Positions 26,601-40,200 of a stretch of 64,000 bases of DNA are shown here, piece by piece (the first letter of the stretch is position 1; every line of letters starts with the position of its first letter). The stretch covers positions 3,782,001 through 3,846,000 of the forward strand of contig JAYWIR010000007.1 of NCBI GenBank assembly GCA_036172245.1. Reading direction: 5' to 3'. The position numbers and the translations under genes were made by a program. Under the pieces are notes generated by a model. That model had not been told where the DNA came from. It saw only the letters and a list, made by a program, of their open reading frames with translations, and did not search any database. This DNA comes from Raillietiella orientalis (lineage: Eukaryota).

Positions 26601-29313
26601 GTGCTCCCTCCCCCCTCCTCTCGCCATTGTTATCGTCGCCGTCGTTCCTTCTGGCAGGATAACGCCGTCTTTCTGCGCCCCCCCCCCCTTTCCTCATCCC
26701 CAAGTGCCCTTTCCGTCTCTTCCCCGCACGCTGGCAGCAGCATCGCCTTCTGCGGCGACCTCCGCCAACTTGGAGGAAGCACGGAGGAGAGGGGGCTCCG
26801 CGGTGGGCGCACGTGTCCTCCCGAGGAGGTCCCGTGCCACAAAGTCCGTCGCTCCCTTTTTTGCAGGGGACGGGAAGCGTTCGGTTGTCACCCTGGAGGA
26901 AGAGGAAGCCGGTAGTGGTGCCAGCCGCCGTGATGTCCTTCTCTCTTCTTCGGTGTTTCCAGCTACCCGTTGGAAATAGAGAACATGGGCGTCGGAGGAC
27001 AGAGCATGACCAGGAGGAGAAAATGGAAGACAGGGAGGGGAACTAGCGCGAAGGTTTCCTCTGCTCTTTGTGGCCCCTATTTCAGGTATCTGGAGGTAGG
27101 TTGGAGGAGGAGAGGAGGAGGAGCGTGGCTTCTGAGAAGCAGGGAGATTGCCCTGACCCCACAAACTAACCCGAATCTTCCCGCAGGATGCACCCTCTTT
27201 CCCTATTCCCTCCTGTACATAACTGACCTTGCACCAAAAGGTGAATCCGGACGTCCGGGAGGGTTCTGTCGTTGGTGAGGCAGTCGTATCCTCCTTCGTT
27301 GCGTGGATGAACTGTCACCAAGGTGATCCCTAAGGAGTCCGGATGGAAGATGAGCTTCTCATCGGTCAGGTAGTGCGTGGTCGTGCTCCCGCGATGCTCC
27401 AACAGGGGGACAACTTCCGGGTCTTGTGCGCGGTCCTCCCGGAAGCAGCCCACGCACTCCCATCGCAGGAGAGAGACGAGGGAGAGGTTGCCGAGTCCCG
27501 GACATGGGAGCGTGGTGTTGCTCCCGGCCGCGGCGAACATCCGCTGCACGGGGAAGGCGGGCGAATCTACGGCAGCATACGGGTGGCAAGAGACGGATAC
27601 GGAGTATGGGAAAGCGAAATCCGTGCGTGCGCGGGGGAAGGAGGGGGAGCGGGGCGAAGCGCGATGGCATGGTGGGCGACTACCGGGCTCGTCATTCGTC
27701 AATGTCGCCTCGCGCGCTGGGAGAAGTGGGGACGCCGGGAAGAAGAAGGGGAGAAACTCGATGCCCTCACGCGGCGACGGCGATGCACACGTGCGAGCCC
27801 GCGTGCGCCCCTAGGAAGGAAGCCTGGGTGCCGCCGACTCCAAAGGATCCTGGGGTCATCCTCGGGATGGCAGGGAGGGAGAGGGCGAAGGAGGAGGAGG
27901 AATCCGAAGACGACGACAGCTGGGAGCCTGCGCTGGCGGGCGGTGAGGGCGGGCTTACTACGTGATGAGTGTGGACCGCCGGGATCACTCCCGACGACCC
28001 TTCGCCTGCCGTCGCGAGCCCATAAATCCTTTTCTCCACAGTGATTACAGGGGGAAGCCGGAGGGCACAGAGCTAGCTCGATTGCTTCTGGTTGCCTTGC
28101 CGACGCGTTGCGCGCGGGTTCCTCGCGCCTCCTCCTCTTCCTCCCCTTCCTGGAGGAAAGGACGAAGAGCTTCCGGAGACGTTTCCCGGGAAACGCCGTG
28201 CGGCGCGGCGACGGATCTAGAAAAGACCCGATGCCTTCCGCAACGGACAGCCGGCGTTTCGCAGGACATCGCGACATGAGGAGGGAAGGGGTGGAAGGAA
28301 AATTTGGGAGACGATTTCTGTGGGGGTGGGGGAGGTCAGATGCCAACTCTTCAACTTGGAGACCCTTTTTCTTTCGCATGCGGACCCAACGGACGGGTTG
28401 GCGGTCGCCATCCGGTTCGCGCCAGGAGCTACAGAGGCAGCCCCGGGAGCTGCCGACAGATGGCGAGCGGAACGTTGCGCTGACCACCTGACGCTCGTGA
28501 GCATCTGAGAAAGGCATCGGAGACGGATGCTCGCTTTCCTTCCCGGAGGCCGTCATCATCTTCCCATAGCAAGGGCAACAGCGGACGGAGGAAGGAGGGG
28601 GAGAGGAGGGGGAAAGTGAGCAGCGTCCGGCCGGCCGCCGGCCGCATCCGAACAGGAAGACGGCCGACGCGCTCGACCTGTTCCGCGCAGGAAGCGATTA
28701 TTTCCGGCACAACAGCGGAGGCGCACGCTAATGCCCCCGGCACCCGCGGATGCGCAAGGGCAGGGTGCCCCAGGGGCACTCTCCGAGCGCGTCTCCGCAG
28801 CAGCCTCCCCTCTCAAACCAGCAGCGGGGAAAGTGCTCCAGAGGAAAGGAGGCAGCACTTGCTGGGACGGAAGCCAGAATCCAGAAATAACGGTGGGTGA
28901 GGGGGGACAACCTCGGCACGAGAGTCGACAAAGAAAGGGAGAGGAGGGAGGAGGAGGAGGAGGAGGACACTGGCTCCGAGGTAGGAGCTGGTTGGATCGC
29001 CACCAGAACCGGAGCGCTTCCCTTCTATCCCTCCACTCTCGGACCTTGCCTCCTTGGACAAGCAGGAAGGGGAACCTCTCACAAAACGATCTAGGGAACG
29101 CAGAGCAGGGAAAAACCCTTTCTAAGGGGAGTTTTGCTTAGGATGGTCGGTCCCGATGGCCCTCTCGACTGATCCCTCGGAAGGGGCGCAAGACCTAGGA
29201 AGGCGCAGGAAGGGAATGACGCCGAGGAACTTACCGAGCATACGTCCTCTGGGGGCTCCACGGCCCATCCTGCCTGCTAACAACAGCAGCAGCAGCAAAG
29301 CAGGCGAATCCAT
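17606..29313 (-). CDS. Ptp99A: Receptor-type tyrosine-protein phosphatase 99A, long isoform, 1221 aa, 12 exons (signal peptide, Ig, 4 FN3, TM, active D1, inactive D2)
   Basis: Exons 29313-29235, 27566-27228, 25266-25143, 23409-23234, 23180-22993, 22943-22829, 20513-20322, 20278-19998, 19942-19683, 19633-19141, 19082-18957, 18898-17606, all GT-AG and phase-consistent (3666 nt). [14 protein letters not shown] signal; [49 protein letters not shown] in D1; D2 has VVDPDG (Cys replaced by Asp). Confidence 0.93.
20644..20836 (-). CDS. Ptp99A: Putative alternative first coding exon of Ptp99A (short isoform with its own signal peptide)
   Basis: ATG at 20836, [20 protein letters not shown] hydrophobic leader, 193 nt ending at a consensus GTAAGT donor (20643) in phase 1, matching the phase-1 acceptor at 20514/20513. 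Confidence 0.7.
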
Positions 29314-32300
29314 GGGGCGCGCAGGAGGTGGTGCTCCTTCACAGCTAGGGACGACCGTGCGCTCGCCCCTGGTGGCGGCGGCGGCGGAGGGCGGCAGCCG
29401 CTCGCGCAACGCACATGCTACCGGCAGCACCGCTGACAGCGAACTGGGGCCCGGCGCACGCCGGCCGCCTGTGAGAGCGAGGGCGCGTGCGCTCGACGGC
29501 TCCCCGCCGCCGGCCGGCAGTGGCTCCCTCGTCAAAGTCCAGAGACAGGCATCTCCGGGCATCCCACAGGAAACCATCCTTGAGCAGCTTCGACCGCCGC
29601 ACCCTTCAAGGAGGATCCCGAGAATGCTCCCTTAAACTCCCGGTTTCACTTCACTTCTTCATCTCTGCTCCCTTTGCAAGAGAGGGAGGGCGCGTGATGA
29701 TGAACGAAGACACCGAGGGAAATCTTCTGGGAATGAAGGTTGGGAGGAAAACCAGGGGCACCCTCCTTCTTCTCCGGCCTAGCTGTTGCCGAGGCGGGAA
29801 GAGGAGCTTTGCAAGGGTTTCCTTAAGAGTTCATGGATCTCGTCCTCATATGAAAACACACTGACCTTGCCAAGCTCACCCCAATAAAAAAGTGCGTGGC
29901 CGCAGATACACATTGATTGGGATGAATTCCGGAAGCACAGCGGAAGCGGACACGGACTATCTCGTTCCTTTTCTGCTTCCCCCTAGGAATCCCTGGGGGA
30001 GGCTGACCGGTGGGAAGGAGAGAAGAAGGGGGGGGGGATGCAAGGGCAGCCCGGAGAAGAATGGGAGGGAGAAGACTATCACTACGGTTTCTGGTAGGCT
30101 TGAAGAAGAAAAGTTCCAAAAGGTTCCAAGAAAAGAAAACACTTCTGGTTCGGTCGCCTAAGGCCAGGAACCTATAGGGAGTTGAGTTCTCTCCCGTTCT
30201 CTTTCCAGCTCCCTTCTTTTCCCTGTTCTGAATGCTAGTCTCTTACTATTCCTCCGGAAGGCGAAGAGGAAAAGTCCCTTGGGAAATTCGTCCACCCGGA
30301 CTCTCGACTGCGGTAGATAGAGCCCTTCTCATGGTAAAAGCCCTTCCTGTGAACGGGAGCCTATGAAACCCAGGAGACGATGTGACCCCAGTGGGAACCT
30401 CCAAGAGTGTTTGTACAAGATTGGGGCGAAAAGGGGAAAGAAGCTCTTCCTCACGAAGCCCGCTTTATTTCGGGGTATTCCTCTCAGCATCCGCTCACGT
30501 TCTCTTAAAGGAAAGCGAAAGTTGCCTGCCTCCCCTCCCGACTCCTCCTTTCCTTTCTTCCCCCGAAGAAAAAACAATGGGTAAACTCGGACGAAGAGAA
30601 GTCACTGATGGAAAACGAGATCCCGGGGGATGGAGGGAGCTACCCAAAACGCAGCTTCACAGAAACCGCAACAGAAAGAGATCGTCTCCTTCAATACTCA
30701 TACCTTGAAGAAGATGTACGGCTTCTCCTTCTCCTTGCAGCCGAAAACCTTTCTTCTTTCCTTCCTTCATGCTCCGCCGAAACGAAGCCTAGAGTTCCAG
30801 ATTTACGGGAAAGAAACTGAAGGGATTTCTGACCCAGAAGGAAACTGAAAAATCTTCCCAGAAAATCCCCTCCACGGTATCTCTTGCTCTTCCATTAGGG
30901 AGAGATGTTGAATCAACCGTACCGAGACGAGCTGCGGATAACCGTCCCGTTTTTAATTAGGGCATTCCTCCCGCGTGTCCCGCGAGCCAGCGAGCCTGCA
31001 CAGGTCGCCTCTTCCGAAGATTCGATTCTATTTTGGGACCGGAAAATGAGGTGGAAACAATCCCTTTGCATTGTTGCGCGGGTAGCGACAAAGCATCCCG
31101 GGGTGAACGGCAATCGGCGAAATTAAAAAACCGCCACTCACCGGACGCATGGAAACGATGGAGTCCCGCGATAGAAATCTCTCTGAGCAAACATGTCTAC
31201 CTGCTAGCTGAGCACATTATAGCCTTGTGATTACAATAGGCGCTTTCCGGAGGGGCCACTCATTTCTTTTACTGCTCTCCTGTTTTCCTTTTTTTGCATT
31301 TGTTTTTTTTTTTTTTTGACGAAAAACCTGGAAAACTGGAGAGAGGGAGAAAAAGTGTCGCAACCTGAATATTGGAATTGGGAAAGGGTGAGTAAAAAAA
31401 AAAAAAAAAAGTAAGTGCAGATTTCTAGCAAAAGTGTTGCCAAAATGCTTCATGTGACTATGGTGCCGGGGGATCTTGCATGTATGAAAAGCAACCCCTG
31501 TGCTGTACGCTATCACCACGTTGCGACTTTTCCCGTCTTCCCTCGTTCGTCGCGGGCTTTTGGATTATCAGCGCAAGAAGCAACTCGCCTGCAAGCACCG
31601 TTCGTGTGCTTGCGATTTCTCGCCGTTGTAAGTCCGTAAGTCCACTGAAATCCCAGAAAGATTCCAATTCGGGAAGGCAGTGTTTTGGGTTATGCAAAGC
31701 CACGAGCAGAGCTGCATTTGCTGTTTCCGTGAAGCACATTCGCGTGTGCGAGCTTCCAAGGGCTTGCATGAAAAATTTCATGCTCTCCAGGAAACTGAAT
31801 TTCAGACAGCTCAGAGTTATGGGATCCTAAGTGTAGTGAAACGGGCAAAAGAATCAGAGGAGATACGATTTACACGACTGAATTACATGGCTGTGCTGAA
31901 TATGACTCACAGCACTTTTGTTTTCACTGCAAAAAATCCCCACACAGAGTTCAAGCTTCCGTCAGCTCCCTTATTCAACACGTGCGATTTGGCAGCATCG
32001 AACTGGACTAAGGTCATCAGACACAGCAAGCACCTAGATATCGAGTCAGCCAGCAATTTAACTCATTTGATGCGTGAGGTTTGCCTCCAAGCAAAGGATT
32101 GACAAAAAAAAAAATCAAACAAGGTATGCCCGAAATTCTAATAATATTAGTGGCAGTACAATCATTAACCCGCGTGTTCAAGTTGCGAATGAGAGTAATG
32201 GCTTTATTTAAATTTGTGGCTCTCATTATGCTGATAACGATTTTCCGGAGTCTCTAGAGCAAGTCCACACACAAAAAGGCAGGCTGCGTATCTTGACTCT

Positions 32301-32472
32301 CGGAACTTGATTTTGCTCCCCAAAGGTCATCTAAAACGCAGACAAATACGGTAACAAAAACTGAAGTGCATTAGAAAAAAAAAAATCCATAGTTGAACGG
32401 AGGGCAAAGACTAAATCAAAGGCGGATCTTTTTCTCAAGTTAGTTTCAGCAGCTTACGATGTGATCGCCTAA

Positions 32473-32616
32473 GGCATTGATTTCCCTTCCTCATCAAGCT
32501 TCCCATCTAATAATATTCGAATGTGGATCGACAAACGAAAGCAATGATCAGGAACTGGAAAACGATCAATGACAGTAGTGTGGCCCCCAGCATCTGATGC
32601 TAAAAAAACTAACCTC
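32473..32616 (+). repeat. 144-bp direct repeat, copy 1
   Basis: ggcattgatttcccttcc...aaaaaaactaacctc recurs at 34126-34269 with 2 substitutions seen. Confidence 0.95.
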
Positions 32617-34047
32617 GTGTCAAAAACAGAAATAGACTCGACGTTGTTTTCTTCTGACTGATGAACGCACCACATAAAGTTACACAGATGGTGTTGTAAA
32701 GCCTCATTGGTTCTGTCCTTACCTCCAGAAATGACCGAGCATCTTTGATGCTGTTTCATTTGATTTGCAAAACTTGTTTTCTCGAAGAGGACTCAGATTA
32801 ATACGTCTGCCTTCCGTTGTATCCCTGGATACTGCTACTGGATGTGACTGATCCGTCCTAGTTCGTGTGTGATGCTTTTGTGTTTGCAGAAAGCTTACGA
32901 AATTAAGAGACTGAGTTGAATGAAAGAGCTGATTTGATTTGCAATGAGTTAGGTGCTAGTGATGAATCAGGAAATTCCTGATGTGTGCACACACAGAAGA
33001 ACCGCTTTCATCATTAGCCTGCTGCTGCTCGCAGAACTAAAAAAATGCAAGCCCAGCGTGAATTGCACTGATTCCATCTCATTACAGAACTATGAAATTA
33101 ATTGCTCATCTCTCTAAAGATAGGGAATACTGATTCCAACCAAGAAAAGGGAATCAAAGCAGGAACAAAAGAAAAATGAAACGAATAAGTGTATCAGTTC
33201 TTTCCACGAAAAGAATGCATAGAGCTATATTTTATCATTTAATTTCCGTGGGGAAGACTGCAGCTAAGGTTTTAAGAATTCGGCACGCTTTCAAAGTCCA
33301 TAAATCAATCATCAGATTTGAAAATAAAATAAAAAGATAATTGGCACTGGATTAATTTACGCATGCTACAAAACGTATAAAATAAATCAAGCAGTATCGA
33401 GTTATCCCCAAAAGCTCCTGCAAGAGTTCCACAAAAAACCAGCAGGAATTTTGCACTTTATCCATTGATTGAGGCATCTATTACTTCCCTAAAGCAGTTT
33501 TGTGTATGAAGAGAAGTACTTTAAGGAGACTAGCTTCCCTATTTGTTATCGTTGGCCTCCGATGTTGAATCTGAGGAAATCCGACACCGTGCATTCAGAA
33601 ACAAGTTCCCAGGCATTAGAATTTGAAACATGGGAATGGCAAATGGCTCTGATATTCCATTTGATACTCGACGAATTCGAAAGTATAACAGGAATTCGTA
33701 AATGAAGGCATTCCATAAAGTTCATGGTAATTTTCTATTCGGGAGGATGATCCAAATGGAACTGCGCGCAATTCTCATCTTAATAGATGGATTTCGGCAA
33801 TCAGTTTTCGAGTATACTTCAGCTGAAGGAAAAGCTCGAAAGCCTTGGATGCTGTTTACGAGTTACTTCATTTCATCTTTCTGCTTGCTTTGGAAGTCTT
33901 ATGAAAATTCCACAGCGCAGTGTTTTCCCTGTGGGTTTCAAGGGGACGCTCAGCTGATGTTGAGGATGCACTTTTTTTTTTCACAACACGTTCACGTGTG
34001 GACACATTTTTTTTTTTTTTTTTGCCAGCAGCATTCTTTTCCAAAGG

Positions 34048-34070
34048 GAGAGAGAGAGAGAGAGAGAGAG
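34048..34070 (+). repeat. (GA)n microsatellite
   Basis: Run of GA dinucleotides just upstream of direct repeat copy 2. Confidence 0.9.
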
Positions 34071-34125
34071 AAGCATTCCCGTCGTTCGGCATTCACCACA
34101 TTAGTGGGGCTGCCGGAGAACACTT

Positions 34126-34269
34126 GGCATTGATTTCCCTTCCTCATCAAGCTTCCCATCTAATAATATTCAAATGTGGATCGACAAACGAAAGCAATGA
34201 TCAGGAACTGGAAAACGATTAATGACAGTAGTGTGGCCCCCAGCATCTGATGCTAAAAAAACTAACCTC
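34126..34269 (+). repeat. 144-bp direct repeat, copy 2
   Basis: Near-identical to 32473-32616. Confidence 0.95.
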
Positions 34270-37200
34270 TTGCTTGTAAGTTGCTCTTTTGCGATCCCAC
34301 CATCCGGACATGCATAACAATTCTGCTGGCTATGGGAAGCACGCACCACCTCAGGTAATTCCGATGCCACCGCTCCCAACAAGACGGACCTCAAGCCTTT
34401 GTCGGGGATCGAAACCCTTGTAGACTTGCCGAAGAGGGGGAGTTGCGTGAGGAGTTCCACGCTCTCGTACGTAAAGAAACAGAGAAGTAACTGAGTTTGT
34501 GACATATTTGTCATTTGGTCATCCTCTCGTTTTTTCTTTTTCTTTTTTATATCCCTCTCCCCCCTTCCCCCCTCCCCTTCTTTCTTTCTTTGGATTTGTT
34601 TGTTTGATCGATACCCAGGAACCTCCGATTGGCTGAATCTAGCGGCAACAATGTGATGTCCAAGTCCGGGTGGCCGCATGAGAACTTGCGAGAAGCCTTC
34701 GTTAGAGCTGACTTGTCTCCGGGGAAACGGGATGCATGTTGTGCGCCACCTGTGGCAGCAAGGGGCTGCTCAATGGTCGGAGCTCGGCTTAAACAGTTTG
34801 CATCGGGAATACCTGAGGAGGAGAGCGAGAGAAGGGAAAGAATGATCCGTGCGTACAGTGTGGGATGGCAGATTTTTGAGCGGATTAAGCTTGCGCGGCG
34901 AGCAAATCTTTGACGCGTCTGAATTTTATTGCCGTTCGGAGGAATAAAGCGGATTAGACGGCGACCCTTCGCCGACCAGGCAGCCGGCTCTGCATTCCGG
35001 GTTGTTCCGCTTACCAGCGCGTCGGGAGAAAAATCGGGTCGGGAAAAAGAAACAAGCATCGTTCTTTGACAGCCGATCTCGGATTATTTCCTATAGGAGA
35101 TTTTCCGGTCATCCGCGGCCCCTAGTGTTTGTCGGGGAGCTCTTCCTCGCGCAGCAAGCAGAGGATCTGGCAGGCGGCAGATCGAGGCTCAGGAAGAGGG
35201 CGCGCTCCACTTCCCGAGAGATCCTGTGAGCGCCCTTCCTGCTTCCAGGAACGGTCCGGTTCAATCCCCCTCCCTGTTCTCCGAGAATCTCGGAGGGCGG
35301 GAGGGGGAAGGAAAAATTGCTCCCTCTCCTGGGGGCGCTTGCGTGCCGTATCCGCCAAGTTTCGGTAGCTTGGAGCTCCCCTCTCCTAGGGGCAGGGGAG
35401 GAGGCCCTGACGCGAGGAGATCGCTTGCCGGAGGCTGTTGGGATCGTGCCGATCGCGTTTCCCTGGTAGTCCTCCCGCGCGCGCACGTCCTCCCGGGAGT
35501 GTGCGTTCATGGCGGCGGTCGTCAGTGGGGACGGGTTCCGAGTCATTGACCGTCCGTCCCCGAGCACTCCAGCAGCTCCCGAATCAATGGAAGCGGGTCG
35601 TTATCTCCCGCAGAAGCCGTTGCTTTCCGGGAAGACAAATGGGGAGTCCCCATCCCGCTCGGTTTTCGCTCTCCCTCGTGCGTTTCCTCCGGATCATAAA
35701 AATCCGCTTTCCCCTTCACTCGAAAGAATTCGGGGAAAAATCGATCCTGGGAAGCAAGGGCGTCCATTCCCCTTCCGCTTCCCCTCTTCCCTTCTTCCTC
35801 CCACTTTGTGTGTGCATGCGTTTTTTTTTTTTTTCCTTTCCTGTCTCTGTGGCGAGGCGCACTGACCGGGATCCATGTTTCTGACGGGAGAATGAGGGAG
35901 GGGAAGGGTTGCGCCCTTTCCCGAGGAACAACGCGCTCACTCCGGCGGGAGTCTCCCGACAGCTCGCACGCTTCTGGAAGGGAAAGGAAGCGCCCGCAAC
36001 GGCTTCTGGGAACAAGGAAGGCTGACCCTCCCTGTTCCCCTGCTCCTGCCAATAGAGAAGGGGGAGCTCGGCGACGCTGGGGGATGGGTCGGTTTCCGGA
36101 TGGGAAGGAATGGTGGTGGATCCCGCTCTTTCCCTGCCACTCGGCATCCCCAGGATAAGCGACCAGGCATCTCGGGCGAGCAGAACGAAGGAGAACGAGG
36201 AGGATACGACAGAAAAGACTGGGCGAGAGATCCTTCCGGAAGGGATTCGCAGTTCTTCCCCCTCTCTCCCCCCTTCAAGGGAAGTAGGGGAACCCTCCGT
36301 CGAGGATCCACCTCCAGCACGAGGATCCCTCCAAGGGACCTGGAGCACTGGCGGTCCGGTGAGGGTGCGCTCGACCAGGAAGAACAGGAAAAGGCAGTGG
36401 GATCTCTCCGTTGCGCCCTGGCAGCGAACGGCTCCCGGGCGGGCATCCAAGCTACCGAGTGTTGGGCAGTCTCGAGGCGGGGGGGAAGAGGAGGAACAGG
36501 AGACCGAGAGGGAGTGGACCATCCCGGCTGCAGAGGGAGGAGCGAAGGACTCCGCGGGAGGAGGAGGAGACCTAAAGGGTCGCGCGCACGCCCCTGGGAA
36601 GCGCGACTGCCGCCGTCTCCCGGGAGGCTGCTGGCTGCCATCTCCGAGGGAGCCGTCCGGGACGCGTTCTCTGCCGGAGGAATGCTGGTCCGATCTCTCC
36701 GGAGGGATGCTCGGTGGGGGGTCGAGCTGGAGGGAGGAGAAGGAAGCTCCTCGGGTTACATCCGCCTCAGGGTTGCCCGGGAAACGCATCGGAAGGAGGG
36801 AGAGGCTCTTCGCAGAGGAGGCAGAGGGAAGGAGAAGCGGGAGAAACCCGTGGCAGAGTGCACTGCCGACCTTGAGTAAGACGGGATGGGGGGAGGGAGA
36901 CGAGGAGGAGGGAAAGGTCACTGGGTAGGGAGGGGAGCGCCCCGCCTCCTGCGGGGGGCAGATCCGGGCACTTTTCCAGAGCTCCCCGTCCTCCTCCTGG
37001 CTGGATCCCTGGTCGCTCAGGGCGTGCGCAGCAGCAGCACTACCATCCCCATTCCAGTCTCGAGGGAACCCTCGTTCGCCCCCTCCTCCCCGGATGACCT
37101 AAAGCGAGCGACCTGGGCTGACCTCCATTTTCCCTCGTGCCTTTTTCCAGCATCACGCGCAACCGAGCGCGAGGGAAGACAACACGCATTCCCTCTTCGC

Positions 37201-40200
37201 CCTTCGGCCGCAGGCCTCGGGGGTGGAGGGGAAGAGGAAGAAGGGAGACAGCGATGGCCCTTCCGGTCCCAGCTCCCAATTTGCTCCTTCCCCCAGGAAG
37301 CTGCGGTAGACCTGCTGCGCCGGCGACGGGAGGAGGAGGCAAGAGGGAGCCACAGGGTGATCAAAGCCCCCCGTCCTTCCCCCCACCCCACCCCGTCAGC
37401 TGCGCCCTGCCTCGGCGCGACGGCACCCCCGGCTCTTCAGATGATGTCGGCTCCCCTCCCAGGCAGTGGCCAACTGTCGCAGCGGCGATCCTTTCTCCCC
37501 CCTTTCGGGCCCTATAGGTTTACTCCGAAGGGAAGACTCCATGCAGGGTGCGATGCGGCGCCGAGGCGCGGTCGCCACGGAGACGGGTGGCCCTGGCGCT
37601 CCCGGAGAGGAGCACCGCAGGAGATCCGTCGCTCGGGGCAATGCGACTGCGCTGAGGGGGAAACCTGTGCCCGAGTCCTATCACCCCTGCCATCTCCGCG
37701 GCCGGCGGAGGTGAGTCCGGCTGGACCGCTTCCGCCCGAGACGCCTTCCTGTCCTTTCGAGAGCGTTTCCTGGGCGACGCGTTTCCCGCTCGCAGCCCCG
37801 AGCGGGAGTTCTCGTGTCCACCGCCGCCCCGAAGGATGGACGACCAACAGGGGACCACGCGGGATCCCTCGATAGCCCGAAGGGTGCGGGGCACCTCGGC
37901 GGAGGGCCGCGTGCTCCACACGGGCGAGCCCGACGTTGCCGGGTGACTCGGCGGGGCGCGCGTCACGTGACATCACCCCAAGGCCTCGCCTCCTTCGGAT
38001 CCGCCTCCCCCGTCCCGCTCACCCTCCAAGAAAGCTCTTCCCTTCCCTTCCCTTCCGCCCCCTCTTCTCGGCGGCGCGGGGGACCAGCCCGCCGGTGGCG
38101 TGTCCTCGGCGTAACATCCCGCGGGTCCGAAAGACGGCGATGGCGGGACAGCGCGGCCCTCGCCTTCCGTGCAAAGGATACCCTTCCGTTCCCACGGTGG
38201 CTCAGCTGCCCCCTTTTCCTCCCGCCTTGCGAACGTCCGGCGCCCTGCTTCCCTCATATTGGCCGCGCGGGCGGATGGGCACGGCACAGGAAGAACTTGG
38301 AACCCTCCGGAAGGCCCCGAAATTGCACCAAGGAGCGGCGAATCCCTTGAGGCGCCAACCTACTTATGACCTTCCCCCGCCTCCGTTGCCTGCACCCAGC
38401 TCCCCTGCGGGATGCTGCTGCCAGGATGAGAGAAGATCGTGGACCGCCGCGAGGAGGAGCGGGTAATATGTCCAGAGGCTGCCCTCCCCCCTTTCTGCGA
38501 GAAGGGTCGGCGAGGGAGGCGCGGGGCGGCTTAGCAAGGGCCGCCCATTGTCCTGGTGACAGCGGTCGCGGGGGAGGGGAGGGGGCGTCGGCGGCGGAGC
38601 GGAACCGCGCGATTCATCCCAGCGGACGCGTCCCCCCCGAAGGACGCAGCCCTCCCTCTCCAGGTGCGCGCAGACGCCCCGGAGCGCCCGTCCGTGACCC
38701 CATAATCCGCCCGCCGGCTCCTCCCGAAAGCAAACAGGGGCGCTGGAGTGTCCCTAATAAAACGAGGCGCACAAAGAGCGCTGCCCCCGTGCTCCGGGAG
38801 TCCGCAATGAGCCCCGGCTCATTCCCGGTCACGGAGCCGGCGCACGATCCACAATGGGGGAGCGAGGAGACGAAGGGGGGGACGAAGGGAGCGAGGAGGA
38901 AGAGGGGCCTCGCCTGTGCCCTCACCGAAACCCCGCAGAGCGTTTTCTTCCCGTCGACCCCCCCCCCCTCCGGAGGGAGCTGAGGAAACAGGTGGGGAAG
39001 GGAAGGAGAGAGGAACAAGGAGGGAAGGGACCTGGGGAGGACCCCCACTCGTGCCGGCTTGAAGGAAGCCCTCACGAAGGAGAGCCTGAGGGAAGAACGA
39101 GGACCTTCCTGCCTTGCGGCCCCTGGGCCCACATACGAAAGGGAGGACGGAGGAAGAACCACGGAGGATCTCACGGAGGAGGAAGGAAGGGAAAAGGTCT
39201 CTGATTGCCCCGTGGCGCTTACCCCTCTCTCTTTACTGACGATCCCCTTCGGACTAGGCAGACAGGCTGCACTGGCGTCCCGCCTGTCCTTCCTTCCCAG
39301 ACACGACCGGTAGGGGGAGAGGTGGAGGGTGAATCGGGATCAAGGGCCGACCCCTGGCGCTGAGGAGCGGCCTCGGAGCGGTTCCTCGAAGACCCTCTTG
39401 GAGGAAGGAGAGTGGACTCCGTTCCCTCTTTCTCCTTACTCTGCGTCTGGGCGCCCACGGGAATGGCGCATGCCTTCCTCTCAGCCCGCGCCATGAAGCA
39501 AGGGAGGGCCCGAGGCAGCTACTTCGGGGAGGAGCGACTGAGCCGACCTGCCCACGGCCCTCGTCGTCCGGGGAAAGGAGAAAGTGACACGCACCTCCTC
39601 CTCCTCCTCCTCCCCCTCCGGGAAGAGAACCTGCAGACTGCACTCGTCCTCCCGGAGTGCGGCGAGTCCACGAAGTGCTCCCTCACTCCCCTGGGACGCA
39701 GAGGCTGGAAGGGAGGGACCGCTCCCTCTAGCCTTCGTCCCTACCTCCCCCCACCCTTTTGCTCCAGCGATCCTTCCGCACTGGCGCTTCATGCGGATCT
39801 ATAGAAGGCGGCGCCTGCTGAGGCATCCCGCCACCCACGCGTCCGTTTGCGCGAGTGGCGGACGGCGCGGCGACGGCAGCCCTTGCATCGTCTACTCCCC
39901 ATCGCTCCAGGGCTGGCGACGGCGTGGCCGCCACGAGCGGGGCGAAGGAGGCGGGCGGCGGCGTTGCGTCAGCGCGCGAGCGTGTCCGGGGCTGGCGGGC
40001 TCTCCCTCTCCCTTCCGTTCCTCCTTGCCAGTCCGGCGTCCCCGACGCGGCTTCACGTCTCCGTTCCGGCCGTTGCGCAGCAACGGCAGGGGTCGGGTCG
40101 GTGGAGGATGCTCTCGCCGGCATCGAAGAAGCGCGCGCGCGGAAGGAAGGGGCGAAGAAGGGGAGGACGAGGAGGAGGAACTGCCGCCGCCTCCTCTCCG

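Noticed and set aside
32473..34269. LTR retrotransposon or TRIM interpretation of the direct repeats
   Set aside because: No TG...CA termini, target-site duplication, primer-binding site or gag/pol remnant seen.
35716..37875. Long ORFs of 401 aa (-) and 329 aa (+) and similar ORFs in GC-rich zones
   Set aside because: Arg/Pro/Ser/Gly-rich, overlapping in several frames on both strands, no domain motif; expected from stop-codon scarcity at high GC.
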